Source: Minisyncoccia bacterium
Lineage (GTDB): Bacteria > Patescibacteriota > Minisyncoccia > Phycocordibacterales > UBA918
Length of the DNA: 64,000 bases
Assembly (NCBI GenBank): GCA_041736805.1
Contig: JBGSSW010000016.1
Span: forward strand, 2,526-66,525
Direction of reading: 5' to 3'
Positions 37,353 to 47,242 of this stretch are shown here, one piece after another (positions within the stretch are counted from its first letter, which is position 1; the number at the start of each line of letters is the position of its first letter). The notes beneath the pieces are model-generated. The model saw nothing but the letters and a program-made list of their open reading frames with translations, ran no database searches and was not told the origin of the DNA. The position numbers and the translations under genes were made by a program.

Positions 37353-37354
37353 AC

Positions 37355-37831
37355 TTAGTCTACTTTTAGAACTTTATACTTCTGCTTACCAGAAGGTGTT
37401 TCAAACATAAAATCATCTCCTTTGGTCTTTCCCATCAAAGCTTCTCCGAGTGGTGAAAGATACGATAGTTTCTTTTCGTGGATATTTGCTTCATCTGATC
37501 CAACAATCGTGTACTTTCTATCTTCCTTCTCTTTTTCTTTTTGAATAACAACGACTGAACCAAGACCAATGACTCCACCCTTCTTTTCGTGAGCCACAAT
37601 CTTCGCTTCTTTGATTGTCTTTTCTAAGTAACCGATTCTTTCTTCAATGGCCGACTGCATGTCTCTAGCCTCCTGGTACTCCGCATTTTCTGACAAATCT
37701 CCAAGACTACGAGCGTACTCCAAAGATTCGGCTACTTCCTTGCGACGAACTGTTTTTAAGTGATCTAGTTCCTTCTTTAGTTCCTCAAATTTTTCAGCGG
37801 TTAAAAAAGCTTGTGTGTCATTCATATACAA
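37355..37831 (-). CDS. greA: transcription elongation factor GreA
   Basis: A coiled-coil N-domain is followed by the GDLSENAEY motif. A C-terminal FKBP-like domain is present. Confidence 0.9.
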   Translation of the reverse strand: MYMNDTQAFLTAEKFEELKKELDHLKTVRRKEVAESLEYARSLGDLSENAEYQEARDMQSAIEERIGYLEKTIKEAKIVAHEKKGGVIGLGSVVVIQKEKEKEDRKYTIVGSDEANIHEKKLSYLSPLGEALMGKTKGDDFMFETPSGKQKYKVLKVD

Positions 37832-37881
37832 TAAAATTTACCCAATTATACTTACTTAAAACTGTAGGTCAAATTTTTTAA

Positions 37882-39582
37882 TTAAATAGTTGTTTCTGTC
37901 TTTATTCCTAGGTAATCAGGTCTGTTTTTTGACATCCACTCCACCACGTCTCCCATAATGCGAGTAGCACCCAAGGCGTTGCTTCTAGGAGCTCTATCCA
38001 TCATCAGAATAAAAGCATACTGTGGATCTTCATAAGGGAAAAAGCCAGCTGCCCAAGAGTTAACATAGGCATTACCAGCCCCTACTTCAGCCGTACCAGA
38101 CTTTGCAGCAATGGCAACATCTTTACGCTCTAAAGCACGCGCTGTACCACCCGGTAAAATAACAGTTTTTCTCATTCCTTCATAGATTATTTCTAAATAA
38201 TCTGGATTTAGATTTAAATTCTTAGTCTGACCCTGTTTACCCTTAATCACATGTGGCGTCACCAAAGTACCGCCGTTAGCTAAAGCTGCGTAAGCCTTAA
38301 GCATCTGAATTGGGGTCACTAAAAAGCCAAATTGACCAATAGCAGTGAAATAAGTGTCGCCTAGCCTCCAGTCATCATTAAAAACTTTCTGCTTCCAAGC
38401 TGGATCAGGAACTACTCCCTCTTGCTCTTGAGCTATAGTGATACCTGTAGTTGAACCTAGGCCAAATAACCGATAGTACTCAGCCATTTTAGTAATGCCT
38501 AAACCTTTTTGATCACCAAATCCTCCCCCAATAATGTAGAAATAGACATTGGACGAGAAAGCAATGGCTTCACGCATGGTCATGGCCCCATGTGCCCTCC
38601 AATCTGTAAAATGTGCTGGCTTACTTGGGTTGTATGGATTTGGAATTACAATTTCCCCAGTACTTACAATTTGCTTCATTGGATCAATCGTCTTTTCGGC
38701 TAAAGCGCCGTAGGCAACAAAAGGTTTTACAATCGAACCCGGGGTATAAGCTCCACTAATTACTTTATTAAGAAATGGTAAGCGATCATCATTATTATAT
38801 TCTTCAATTGTATCAACCTCAAAACCATCGGCCATTACTTCAGGGTCGTAAGAGGGAAAACTGGTCATCGCTAGTAATTCTCCAGTATGAATATCCATAA
38901 TTGCCCCTGCCCCGCTTCGAAATCCCGCCTTAATACTTGAAGTAGAAATAATCTGATACATTACTTCAGATAATTCAGCATCAATTGAAAGTGTCACGGG
39001 ATTACCGTTTACACTGCTAGAAATAGCATGTTCACCGACAACTTTTTGTAAAGCATCTACCACCACAATCTTACTACCATTTTGGCCTCTTAAGTCATCA
39101 TCATAAGCAGATTCAACACCATTTCTACCTAAGTAGTCAGTTCTAAAATAAAAACCCCTATTGTCCTTTTTGGGATAACTAACATAACCAAGTACCTGCC
39201 CCAAACCAAGTCGGTCGGTATAAGCTCTAATAGGAAAATCATGAATCCCTCTCTCATCAACTTCATTCCAAACTACCAACTCTCCATTTCTGTCATAAAT
39301 AACCCCTCGTTCAGCAATAATAACTGCCTTATCAACACTATTTTTTTCAGCGATTTCTTCAAATTCTGCCCCTCTTGTCACTTGTAAGTTAAAGACTTTA
39401 CCAAAGAAAATTGCTGCAATTAATAGCGAGACTACACCAACTACATAGATACTTCTGGCTGGTATAGGTAATTCACGTTTGCCTTCAAGTCTCGCTTGAT
39501 TAAAAGCTGGGATATTAGAAGAATCAAGCAACATTTCGTCTAATTCCACGAGGGAACGATTTTTTTTATGAAACCACTTCAT
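37882..39582 (-). CDS. mrdA: penicillin-binding protein 2 (elongasome transpeptidase)
   Basis: A TM segment and PBP dimerisation domain precede the transpeptidase motifs SxxK (PGSIVKPF), SSN and KSGTAE. It is linked to mreBCD. Confidence 0.85.
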   Translation of the reverse strand: MKWFHKKNRSLVELDEMLLDSSNIPAFNQARLEGKRELPIPARSIYVVGVVSLLIAAIFFGKVFNLQVTRGAEFEEIAEKNSVDKAVIIAERGVIYDRNGELVVWNEVDERGIHDFPIRAYTDRLGLGQVLGYVSYPKKDNRGFYFRTDYLGRNGVESAYDDDLRGQNGSKIVVVDALQKVVGEHAISSSVNGNPVTLSIDAELSEVMYQIISTSSIKAGFRSGAGAIMDIHTGELLAMTSFPSYDPEVMADGFEVDTIEEYNNDDRLPFLNKVISGAYTPGSIVKPFVAYGALAEKTIDPMKQIVSTGEIVIPNPYNPSKPAHFTDWRAHGAMTMREAIAFSSNVYFYIIGGGFGDQKGLGITKMAEYYRLFGLGSTTGITIAQEQEGVVPDPAWKQKVFNDDWRLGDTYFTAIGQFGFLVTPIQMLKAYAALANGGTLVTPHVIKGKQGQTKNLNLNPDYLEIIYEGMRKTVILPGGTARALERKDVAIAAKSGTAEVGAGNAYVNSWAAGFFPYEDPQYAFILMMDRAPRSNALGATRIMGDVVEWMSKNRPDYLGIKTETTI

Positions 39583-39838
39583 TGTCTTCAGTATACATCA
39601 ATAATTGTGGCTTGATCAGACTTGCTAAAATAACCATGACAGCACTACAAATTGTAAGTGTAGGAACAGAATAAAAGGCCTGATAATAGCCATCGATTAA
39701 AATACCTATTAATACCAACTCGTAACCATTGTTTTTAAACAAATACCAAAGGCTAAGCAAAACAGCAGCTATATAAAATTGAGCTACCAAACACCAGGTA
39801 ATTAGTAACAAAAAAATGAGTCTAATAAAAATTCGCAT
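39566..39838 (-). CDS. mreD: MreD-like small membrane protein
   Basis: 90 aa with three predicted TM segments. It lies between mreC and mrdA. Shorter than canonical MreD. Confidence 0.4.
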   Translation of the reverse strand: MRIFIRLIFLLLITWCLVAQFYIAAVLLSLWYLFKNNGYELVLIGILIDGYYQAFYSVPTLTICSAVMVILASLIKPQLLMYTEDNEVVS

Positions 39839-39842
39839 CTTG

Positions 39843-40811
39843 TTAATTCGTGTTTAAAATTTCTTCTGAGCTTGTAGTTTGGACTTGACTACTTGAACTA
39901 AAATTTAGAACAGGAACATCGCTTAAACGAGTGGATTTTCTAATTGCTTCACGAACCTGTTCATCAATTATAAAATCTGATTTCACTTGTACTGGTTTTA
40001 AACCAACCGATACATACAGCAAACTATTCATTGCTAAAGGTGGAGTTATGTAACCATATTGTTCTGGCTGTGTTGGTTCACTTTCCACCCTAACAATTTC
40101 TCCATAAATCCCATTTGAGACATTTGGTAATATAACTAACTGTCCTAGGCGTATTGAGACACCTTGGGGCAAACTAACTCTAGCGACCCCGCCACCAACA
40201 CCTTCAATAGAAGAAAAAACGTTTGGACCAATAATAAAAGCCGTTGATTTAAAGCCAGGGGAAGTAAATAAATCTACAAAGGAGTAATCCTCTGCTGTAT
40301 GAACTACTATTCCTAGAACCGAATCTACTCCCGTATAAACAGGAGAACCTTCAACTACCCCATCGCTTATCCCCTTATCAATTTGAAGTAGGTCGTAAGT
40401 TAAAGTATCAGGCCGTGCTAAAACTCTTGCTACCACTCGATCATCAAAGACTGAAGCTTTATTCATTCCTCGCAGTTGCATGTTTTCTTCTAGCAAACGA
40501 TTAATGGACATTTGTGTACCACCACGGGTAGCTATTTCGCTTTTGAGTGACTCAATTTCACTTACTAAGTCTGCTTTAGAACGTAAGTATGATGGAAATA
40601 GTCTATCACTAGTTTTAACCCAAGTAGTAGTATAATGAATTGGGAACAAAACTATGGCTGATACTCTTGATATCAACCACGGAAAAAGTAGGCCTACAGA
40701 AATAACTACAGTTAAAATAATTATCCAAGAACGATAATTTTTATGTGAGGCGTGGCGATAATTCGCCTTCTTTGTCGATGAGTATTTCTGCATATAAATC
40801 AAGGTTTTCAA
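39843..40811 (-). CDS. mreC: rod shape-determining protein MreC
   Basis: An N-terminal TM segment and coiled-coil are followed by the beta-rich MreC domain. The start may be the Met at 40793; the ORF overlaps the mreB 3' end. Confidence 0.7.
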   Translation of the reverse strand: MKTLIYMQKYSSTKKANYRHASHKNYRSWIIILTVVISVGLLFPWLISRVSAIVLFPIHYTTTWVKTSDRLFPSYLRSKADLVSEIESLKSEIATRGGTQMSINRLLEENMQLRGMNKASVFDDRVVARVLARPDTLTYDLLQIDKGISDGVVEGSPVYTGVDSVLGIVVHTAEDYSFVDLFTSPGFKSTAFIIGPNVFSSIEGVGGGVARVSLPQGVSIRLGQLVILPNVSNGIYGEIVRVESEPTQPEQYGYITPPLAMNSLLYVSVGLKPVQVKSDFIIDEQVREAIRKSTRLSDVPVLNFSSSSQVQTTSSEEILNTN

Positions 40812-41814
40812 TTACAATTCCTGCTCCCCTAATGACGGCTCTAAGTGGATCAGGCACAACAATTACTGGAACTTGTAGGCTTTCTTCCAAAAACGAACTG
40901 AGCCCAGGAATTAAAGCTCCTCCACCAGAAAGATGAATACCTCTTTGCATAATATCAGCCAAAACCTCAGGTGGAGTTCGCTCTAAAACAGATCTAGTTG
41001 ATTCCACTATAATATCCACCTGCCCGGCAATAGCATCATGAATATCTCTGGCGGTGATAATCACCTCTCGGGGTAAACCAGTCATAACGTCCCGACCTCG
41101 AATCACCATTTCACTACCGTTACTTTCTTGTCGAATAGAAGCTAGGGCGATTTTCGCATCCTCTGCCGTTTTGTCACCCACATAAATTTTAAATTGGTCA
41201 CGAATATAAGAAGTAATTGAGTCATTTAGATGGTCTCCTGCTACACGAAGATTTTTAGAAACGACAATTCCACTCAAGGATATAACAGCGATATCAGTAG
41301 TCCCCCCACCGATATCAATCACCATACTGCCAACAGCCTTACCTATTGGTAGTTTTGCTCCAACAGCTGCAGCCATTGGTTCTTCAATTAAGAACACTTC
41401 TCTAGCTCCAGCGTTCTTAGCTGCATCACGAGCAGCTCTCATTTCGACATTTGTAATACCGGAAGGAACACCAACCAAGATTCGTGGGGCAATAAAAGTA
41501 CGTAAGTCGGCGTGAACTTTGTTAATTAAATAACCCAACATTTCTTCAGTTACTTCAAAGTCAGAAATAACACCGTCCACCAAAGGACGGATGACTTCAA
41601 TGTGTTGAGGAGTCCTGCCCTGCATAGTCTTAGCTTCCTGTCCAACAGCAACCAATTGGCCAGTTTTTTTATTAATAGCTACAATTGTAGGTTCATTCAA
41701 TACAATTCCCTTACCTTTCACATAAACTAACGTATTAGCAGTTCCAAGGTCAATAGCGATGTCGGTAGATACCGCCGCAAGCATTTTATTCAAGTATTTT
41801 GATACAAAACTCAT
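40741..41814 (-). CDS. mreB: rod shape-determining protein MreB
   Basis: Actin-fold motifs DLGTANTLVYV, VIDIGGGTTDIAV and LSGGGALIPGL. Confidence 0.9.
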   Translation of the reverse strand: MSFVSKYLNKMLAAVSTDIAIDLGTANTLVYVKGKGIVLNEPTIVAINKKTGQLVAVGQEAKTMQGRTPQHIEVIRPLVDGVISDFEVTEEMLGYLINKVHADLRTFIAPRILVGVPSGITNVEMRAARDAAKNAGAREVFLIEEPMAAAVGAKLPIGKAVGSMVIDIGGGTTDIAVISLSGIVVSKNLRVAGDHLNDSITSYIRDQFKIYVGDKTAEDAKIALASIRQESNGSEMVIRGRDVMTGLPREVIITARDIHDAIAGQVDIIVESTRSVLERTPPEVLADIMQRGIHLSGGGALIPGLSSFLEESLQVPVIVVPDPLRAVIRGAGIVIENLDLYAEILIDKEGELSPRLT

Positions 41815-41829
41815 TAGAGGGAAATTGTA

Positions 41830-43095
41830 CTACGTATCAGGATTAGCATCAAAGTCAGCGTAAATTTCATCCTCAGTTAACTGCCTTATATCACCAGTTG
41901 ATCTAGTAACAACTTCAAAAGTACCAGCTTCCTTAGATTTTTTACTAGCCACTATTCTATAAGGTAAACCGATTAAATCGCTATCAGCAAACTTTTCTCC
42001 TGCCCGAGCATCACGATTATCATAGAGAACTGAAATTCCTTTTTCCTTAAGAGAAGCATATATACCATCTACCCAATCTTTAATAGATTCATCTTCTAGA
42101 TTTAGACCGACGAGATGAACCTTAAAAGGAGCAACGCTTTCTGGCCAGACAATCCCTTTTTCGTCTGCAAACTTCTCTACCAAAACACCCATCATTCTGG
42201 TTATACCAATTCCGTATGAACCCATCCAAACTGGAACCCTCTCTCCTTTTTCGTCAGTAAAATAAAGACCAACTTCTTCCGCTTTCTGTCTGCCGAAGTT
42301 AAAAATGTTGCCTACCTCAGCTGTCTTAGTTGCAACCAACTCTTCTCTTGTCACACCTAATTCATTTAGATTTGTCTTTCCCAATACCTCCTCGTTAATA
42401 GCAATTCCTTTTTCTTTACAAATATAGGTAACATCTTCACCAGCTTCACATACTGTTTGAAACTCATGTGAAAACTCGGTGAAGGCCCCTCCGGCAGCAA
42501 AAGTGATAAAGGTATCATTACCAACCCCAAGTCGATCAAATGCTCTCATATAAGCCACCTTACAGGCTTCGTAAAACTCATTGTGCTGTTGTTCAGTGGC
42601 AGAAAATGAGTAGGCGTCTTTCATGATAAATTCACGGCCACGCATCACTCCACTTTTAGCTCTCACCTCATTCCGTAGTTTGTTTTGGAATTGATAGATA
42701 GCTACCGGTAAATCTTTGTGGCTAGAAATATGATTTTTCATCATATTTGCAAGCGGCTCTTCATGACTCCAGGCCAAACCTATTTGACCACCTGCTTTCA
42801 AATCTGTTTTAAACCAAATATCAACTACCTCATCATCCCAGCGACTGGTTCTCTCCCACAATTCTTTACTTTGTAAATTAGTAGCGATGAGTTCATTAGT
42901 ACCCAAATTCTTCATTTCTTCTCGTACAATCTGTTTAATTTTTTGAATAACCATTAAACCGAGCGGCAGTAATTGATATACCCCCGCCATTTCTTTATGA
43001 ATATACCCAGCCCTAATGAGTAATTGGGCGTTTTTAGCTACTTCGTCTGCTGGTACTTCCTTCTGAGTTTTTGTAAATAATTTTGATTGATGCAT
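41830..43095 (-). CDS. proS: prolyl-tRNA synthetase, short form without the editing insertion
   Basis: N-terminal MHQSKLFTKTQKEVPADE...LLIRAGYIH...YQLLPLGL matches the ProRS N-terminus. Class II motifs are present. At about 421 aa it lacks the INS domain. Confidence 0.85.
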   Translation of the reverse strand: MHQSKLFTKTQKEVPADEVAKNAQLLIRAGYIHKEMAGVYQLLPLGLMVIQKIKQIVREEMKNLGTNELIATNLQSKELWERTSRWDDEVVDIWFKTDLKAGGQIGLAWSHEEPLANMMKNHISSHKDLPVAIYQFQNKLRNEVRAKSGVMRGREFIMKDAYSFSATEQQHNEFYEACKVAYMRAFDRLGVGNDTFITFAAGGAFTEFSHEFQTVCEAGEDVTYICKEKGIAINEEVLGKTNLNELGVTREELVATKTAEVGNIFNFGRQKAEEVGLYFTDEKGERVPVWMGSYGIGITRMMGVLVEKFADEKGIVWPESVAPFKVHLVGLNLEDESIKDWVDGIYASLKEKGISVLYDNRDARAGEKFADSDLIGLPYRIVASKKSKEAGTFEVVTRSTGDIRQLTEDEIYADFDANPDT

Positions 43096-43182
43096 AAAAA
43101 TAACCAAATGGAATTACCTCCTCTAATCTTTACATCTTAACGGTAAAGATTAACTTGGTCAAAGTAGAACTATATTTTAGAA

Positions 43183-44274
43183 CTAAATTAACCTAATAAT
43201 GTCGTTCCAGGTCACAGCTACCATCAATAACATCAGTAAGGCAAAGCCAATCATGTTTACCCTTCCCATCCAAATAGGGTTAATTGGTTTTTTGGTAATT
43301 GATTCTATTATGACAAAAACCAATCTACCGCCATCTAAGGCCGGAATAGGTAATAAATTAATTACGGCCAAATTAAGTGAGATCATGGCTGTAAACATCA
43401 TTAGTGAAGTGAGGCCAAATGAAGCTGCGTCCCCTACCATACCAACGATACCTATCGGACCAGCCACTTGAGAAAAATCAGCTGACCCACTGATTGATTT
43501 TACTATTAAGGTAACTAAACCCGTTGTAATATTTATCAACCCTTCATAAGTTGTAACGGAGGCAGAAACTACTGATTCCCATATAGAGTACTGTTTTGTC
43601 TCTACCATACTAAGTGAGACCCCCACAGCTGCCTTTTCGCTATTGTTTGGTATAAGACCTAATTCTGGTCGCACTGTTATCTTAGATTCATCTTCACCGT
43701 AACGAAGGTATAGGTCTATGTCAGAATCTGAATTCAACTGAATAAACTCACTGAACGTAGTAGGATTTAAAACTGAGATTTCAGTATTGTTTGCAGTAAT
43801 TTTTATAACCTCTGAACCTGGTTGGACTAAACCATCTAGTGGCCCTTCTGGAAGTACGCCATTAATATATAAAACTGCCTCAGCTCCAGCAACAGACTCA
43901 TCGACAGAAGTAGGTACCCCAACCAAAAAAGTGACGAAAAAAAGTAACCAGGCAAAAATTACATTCATGGTTACTCCCGCAACCAAAACCACCGCTTGGG
44001 CCCACAGTGGTCTTGAGCTAAAGGCACGATTAGAATCTTTCTCATTGGAGTCGACTCTCTCAAGATTTTCACCAAATATTCTAACGAAACCTCCAATTGG
44101 TAAGGCGTTAAAAGTATATTCTGTCTCTCCTTTTTTAATCCCAAATAGTTTTGGTGGAAAGCCGATACCAAACTCGTCCACTCTCATTCCCGTTTTTTTA
44201 GCGGTAATAAAATGGCCCCATTCATGTACCAGGATAAGAACAAATAGAACTAAGAAGAAAATAAGAATTGACAT
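43183..44274 (-). CDS. rseP: RIP metalloprotease RseP (site-2 protease, M50) with a PDZ domain
   Basis: HEWGHFITAK (HExxH) in TM1 and a second zinc-ligand motif LNLAVINLLPIPALDGG, with a PDZ domain between them. Confidence 0.85.
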   Translation of the reverse strand: MSILIFFLVLFVLILVHEWGHFITAKKTGMRVDEFGIGFPPKLFGIKKGETEYTFNALPIGGFVRIFGENLERVDSNEKDSNRAFSSRPLWAQAVVLVAGVTMNVIFAWLLFFVTFLVGVPTSVDESVAGAEAVLYINGVLPEGPLDGLVQPGSEVIKITANNTEISVLNPTTFSEFIQLNSDSDIDLYLRYGEDESKITVRPELGLIPNNSEKAAVGVSLSMVETKQYSIWESVVSASVTTYEGLINITTGLVTLIVKSISGSADFSQVAGPIGIVGMVGDAASFGLTSLMMFTAMISLNLAVINLLPIPALDGGRLVFVIIESITKKPINPIWMGRVNMIGFALLMLLMVAVTWNDIIRLI

Positions 44275-44280
44275 ATGAAG

Positions 44281-44823
44281 CTATTGTTGAAGTTCTCTTT
44301 CCTTACTCATAAATAAAGACTCCAATTTCAAATTGATTTCTTCGACGCTTTTTTGAATTAAATCTTTTTTTGTAAACTTATCGTCTTCACCCATTCCTCC
44401 AAGTTTAAAGTCCTTTTCTAGTTCTTTCATTTCTTCGTCACGTATAGAACGAACCGAAATACGAGCGTCTTCTAACTTATTTTTTGCTAGTTTTAATAAT
44501 TGCACTCTACGCTCACTAGTTAATTCTGGAAAAATTATTCGCAGTCCAGCAGAATCTCCAGCAACAGATACTCCTAAATCAGCTTCTCGAATAGCTTTTT
44601 CTGTAGCCGATATCTGACCAGAATCCCAAATTGACACTCTTAAAGTTCTGGCATCCTCTATCCCAACAGTACCAATTTGCTGAATTGGTAAAAACGCTCC
44701 GTATGACTCTACTTTAACAGAATCAAGTAAGCTAGGACTTGCTTGACCAGTTCTAATTCCAGCAAATTCTTTTTGTAGCCAAAGCGTTACTTCTTCTAGC
44801 CGTTTCTTTATATCAATACTCAT
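44281..44823 (-). CDS. frr: ribosome recycling factor
   Basis: 180 aa. The pattern ...FAGIRTGQASPSLLDSVKVESYG...LRIIFPELTSERR is classic RRF. Confidence 0.9.
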   Translation of the reverse strand: MSIDIKKRLEEVTLWLQKEFAGIRTGQASPSLLDSVKVESYGAFLPIQQIGTVGIEDARTLRVSIWDSGQISATEKAIREADLGVSVAGDSAGLRIIFPELTSERRVQLLKLAKNKLEDARISVRSIRDEEMKELEKDFKLGGMGEDDKFTKKDLIQKSVEEINLKLESLFMSKERELQQ

Positions 44824-44880
44824 AAATTAATTAAGATTACCATTCCCTGTAGTGTAACATTTTAAAATTCTTCTAGCAGC

Positions 44881-45498
44881 TTATCTTAAAGTAAGGGCTA
44901 ATTCTTCCAATAACATCTTATTTGAAGCCCCTCTAGTCTGTAGGTGTTTAGCTAACCAAAATAACTGGACTGAATCTTCTGGACTAGAAATTTTCAACTC
45001 TGCCACCAATTTATTTAATAGTCCAGTCTTAATTTCTTCAACCCAAACTGAATCCCTTTTTAGCATTCGATTTGCTATTTCAGCCATTCTTTCCTTTACA
45101 GACTTAAGATAAAATTCATTAAAAGTAACCAAATTATTCTTTTGACTTTGTGAGTAATCATTCTCTACTTGAAATCTAGAGAGTAAGGTTGGTAGCAAGT
45201 GTAAGGTAAAAGGCAGACAAAAAAGAAACTTTGTGGTTTGTGGTGGTTCTTCTAAAAGCTTTAGCATGGCCTGCTGAGCTTCGATAGAAATATATAAGCT
45301 ACAAACAACGATTAACAATTCCTTTCCTAAAGCTGGACGAACGTAGGCTTTTTTGGTTATTGTTCTAACATCGTCAATGCCAAGATTTTCTATCTCCAAA
45401 TACTCAACTTCACCAATATTCAGTTTGCGCACAAAACCCTTAATTGAGCTAAGCTCAGGATTATCTACACAGTAAAGATAGGCGTGGTGGTTAAGCAT
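44881..45498 (-). CDS. holB: DNA polymerase III delta'-like clamp-loader subunit (truncated, no P-loop)
   Basis: SIEAQQAMLKLLEEPP and LLSRFQ, which are sensor-1 and SRC-like motifs of delta/delta'. The N-terminal ATP-binding region is absent. Confidence 0.5.
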   Translation of the reverse strand: MLNHHAYLYCVDNPELSSIKGFVRKLNIGEVEYLEIENLGIDDVRTITKKAYVRPALGKELLIVVCSLYISIEAQQAMLKLLEEPPQTTKFLFCLPFTLHLLPTLLSRFQVENDYSQSQKNNLVTFNEFYLKSVKERMAEIANRMLKRDSVWVEEIKTGLLNKLVAELKISSPEDSVQLFWLAKHLQTRGASNKMLLEELALTLR

Positions 45499-45505
45499 TG
45501 ATACA

Positions 45506-47140
45506 TTATGCTGGTTTGTGCTTTCTTTGTAAATCCAGAATTTGTTTAATTACTCGTCTCAAGTAATGTTCAAAGGTTTCACCTTGTTCATAGATTATTC
45601 CTTGTTCATAGCGCCAGCCATTCATATAGTCAGTAATACTTTGTTTGATTTCCTGTGTTGAGCCTTCGAATCTTCCAGCTAAAAGAAGTGGTATTTGTAG
45701 GTCTGCAAGTTTTTTAAAGAGTGGATGCTCCCTTCCTTTAGGACCGGTACCAAAAAGGCCGCTTTTCTTAAATAGTGACCAGTCAGATAAAAGTTGATTA
45801 AGTCCATCATCAACCTCACGGGTTTTTAGAGGATCGGCAGAATCACTAGTAGCTAAGGAAGAAGCTAAGGGTAAATCATTTGGAGTTTGCAGTTTTTGGC
45901 CATCATTATTAATGGATGGAGGTTTTGGAACTGGTAAAATAGCTTTTAAAGCTTCTTCTCTAGCTTCTTTTTCAGCAGCTAAAGCAAATCCAGAGACTTC
46001 TTCTTCTGCAGATTTGATCACCTCACTATCGTCTAAAATAACTGGTGACGCTATTGGTGGCGGTAGCTCATTTGAAGTGGCCACATTTTCTTGTTGGCTA
46101 GGCACATCATTAACAAGTTCAGGTTTCGACTGATTTGGAACAGGCTCTGGTCTTGACTGATTCGGAGCAGCTTGATTTTGAGATTGAGACTGCGCGTGCG
46201 TGCTAACTGCGACTTCGACTGACTTGTAAGCAGCTTCCAAACGTTGCATAGCTTCCTCAATTTGACCTGGAGCACCTCCACTAAGTCTCTTCATTGCATC
46301 CAGCAGTGCATTCATATACTCCCGTCCTACTACATTATCGATATCAACTAGATTTACAGGATTACCTACTTTTGTATTTACCGCTAGTTTTATTTCACGA
46401 ATTCGGTCTAGATAATTTTGACCTCCAGCTGACATCTGTGGCTGTGCGGGAGTAGGGTTTTGAGTTGGAGCATCTTGAGCTGGTAGTGGGGCTGGTGCTA
46501 CGTATTGAGGTTGAGGAGGTACTACAGGTTGTGGTGGTACATATTGTGGTTGCGCAGCCACTGGTTGTGGGGCTGGTGATACATATTGTGGTTGCGCTAC
46601 TGCTGGTTGAGGGGCTGGATATGCGTATACTGGAATATTTTGAGTAACAACTGGCGGTACGTACTGAGAAGCAACTGAAGCTGGTTGTGGGGTTGGTGGT
46701 ACTACAGGTTGTGGTGGTACATATTGTGGTTGAGCAGCCACTGGTTGTGGGGTTGGTGCTACGTATTGAGGTTGAGGAGGTACTACAGGTTGTGGTGGTA
46801 CATATTGTGGTTGAGCTACAGCCTGGGGTTGGATTGGTGTTTGATTCGTGACAGCTCCAAAAACCGGCGCCGGTCTAGAAGTACCGAAAGATAAATCTTG
46901 AGCAGACTGAACCACTTGAGAAGTAGATGAAAGTGTAGAAATTAAGTTATGTGCTGCTAACTTCTGCTCTAAGGCGATACGCACAGAAGCATCTCCCCCA
47001 CCATTTTTGTATAAAAAAACCAAATCTCGTAATTCATTCTTGTCAGACGGACTTAAAGAGCTAGAACGAATAGTTGCAAGCAAAGACATCACTCCCGCTT
47101 GGGAGTTAAAATTAAAACCTAAAGAACTTCCTTGATCCAT
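45506..47140 (-). CDS. Pro/Gln-rich tandem-repeat protein (544 aa) with a globular C-terminal domain
   Basis: The central part contains at least eight repeats of PQYV(P/A)PQPVVPP / PQPVAAQ. The N-terminus MDQGSSL and the upstream roughly 60 nt are shared with the 439-aa paralog gene. Confidence 0.5.
   Translation of the reverse strand: MDQGSSLGFNFNSQAGVMSLLATIRSSSLSPSDKNELRDLVFLYKNGGGDASVRIALEQKLAAHNLISTLSSTSQVVQSAQDLSFGTSRPAPVFGAVTNQTPIQPQAVAQPQYVPPQPVVPPQPQYVAPTPQPVAAQPQYVPPQPVVPPTPQPASVASQYVPPVVTQNIPVYAYPAPQPAVAQPQYVSPAPQPVAAQPQYVPPQPVVPPQPQYVAPAPLPAQDAPTQNPTPAQPQMSAGGQNYLDRIREIKLAVNTKVGNPVNLVDIDNVVGREYMNALLDAMKRLSGGAPGQIEEAMQRLEAAYKSVEVAVSTHAQSQSQNQAAPNQSRPEPVPNQSKPELVNDVPSQQENVATSNELPPPIASPVILDDSEVIKSAEEEVSGFALAAEKEAREEALKAILPVPKPPSINNDGQKLQTPNDLPLASSLATSDSADPLKTREVDDGLNQLLSDWSLFKKSGLFGTGPKGREHPLFKKLADLQIPLLLAGRFEGSTQEIKQSITDYMNGWRYEQGIIYEQGETFEHYLRRVIKQILDLQRKHKPA
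46440..46860. repeat. tandem DNA repeats (units of about 60 to 180 nt) encoding the PQYVPPQPVVPP repeats
   Basis: The 35-mer ggtactacaggttgtggtggtacatattgtggttg occurs three times on the plus strand. Shorter variants are interleaved. Confidence 0.6.
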
Positions 47141-47149
47141 AACCTAATT

Positions 47150-47188
47150 ATCATAACACCATGCATACTATAAAGCAGCTACTTTATT
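47150..47188 (-). promoter_or_regulatory. promoter/5' module (extended -10 TGTTATGAT 9 nt upstream of the ATG, plus the conserved upstream box ATAAAGTAGCTGC), duplicated at 48571-48609
   Basis: Minus-strand reading ATAAAGTAGCTGC-n13-gTGTTATGATaattaggtt-ATGGATCAAGG. A near-identical block precedes the 439-aa paralog. Confidence 0.4.
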
Positions 47189-47242
47189 TGAATGACCTGT
47201 GTATTATTTTAAATTTATTTTCTTACTTAACTAAGTGAGATT

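Noticed and set aside
37180-37354. T-box or riboswitch leader upstream of lysS
   Set aside because: The terminator lies directly before the lysS start, which looked like an attenuator. However, there is no T-box consensus (AATTAGGGTGGNACCGCG) and no specifier-loop architecture. The hairpin is better explained as the greA terminator followed by an independent lysS promoter placed to give a leaderless transcript.
46465-46894. + strand ORFs of 60 and 69 aa (LVVGLVIHIVV..., WGWWYYRLWWY...) inside the Pro/Gln-repeat gene
   Set aside because: These are artefacts of the tandem DNA repeats read in the wrong frame and strand. The repetitive, low-complexity translation mirrors the repeat unit.
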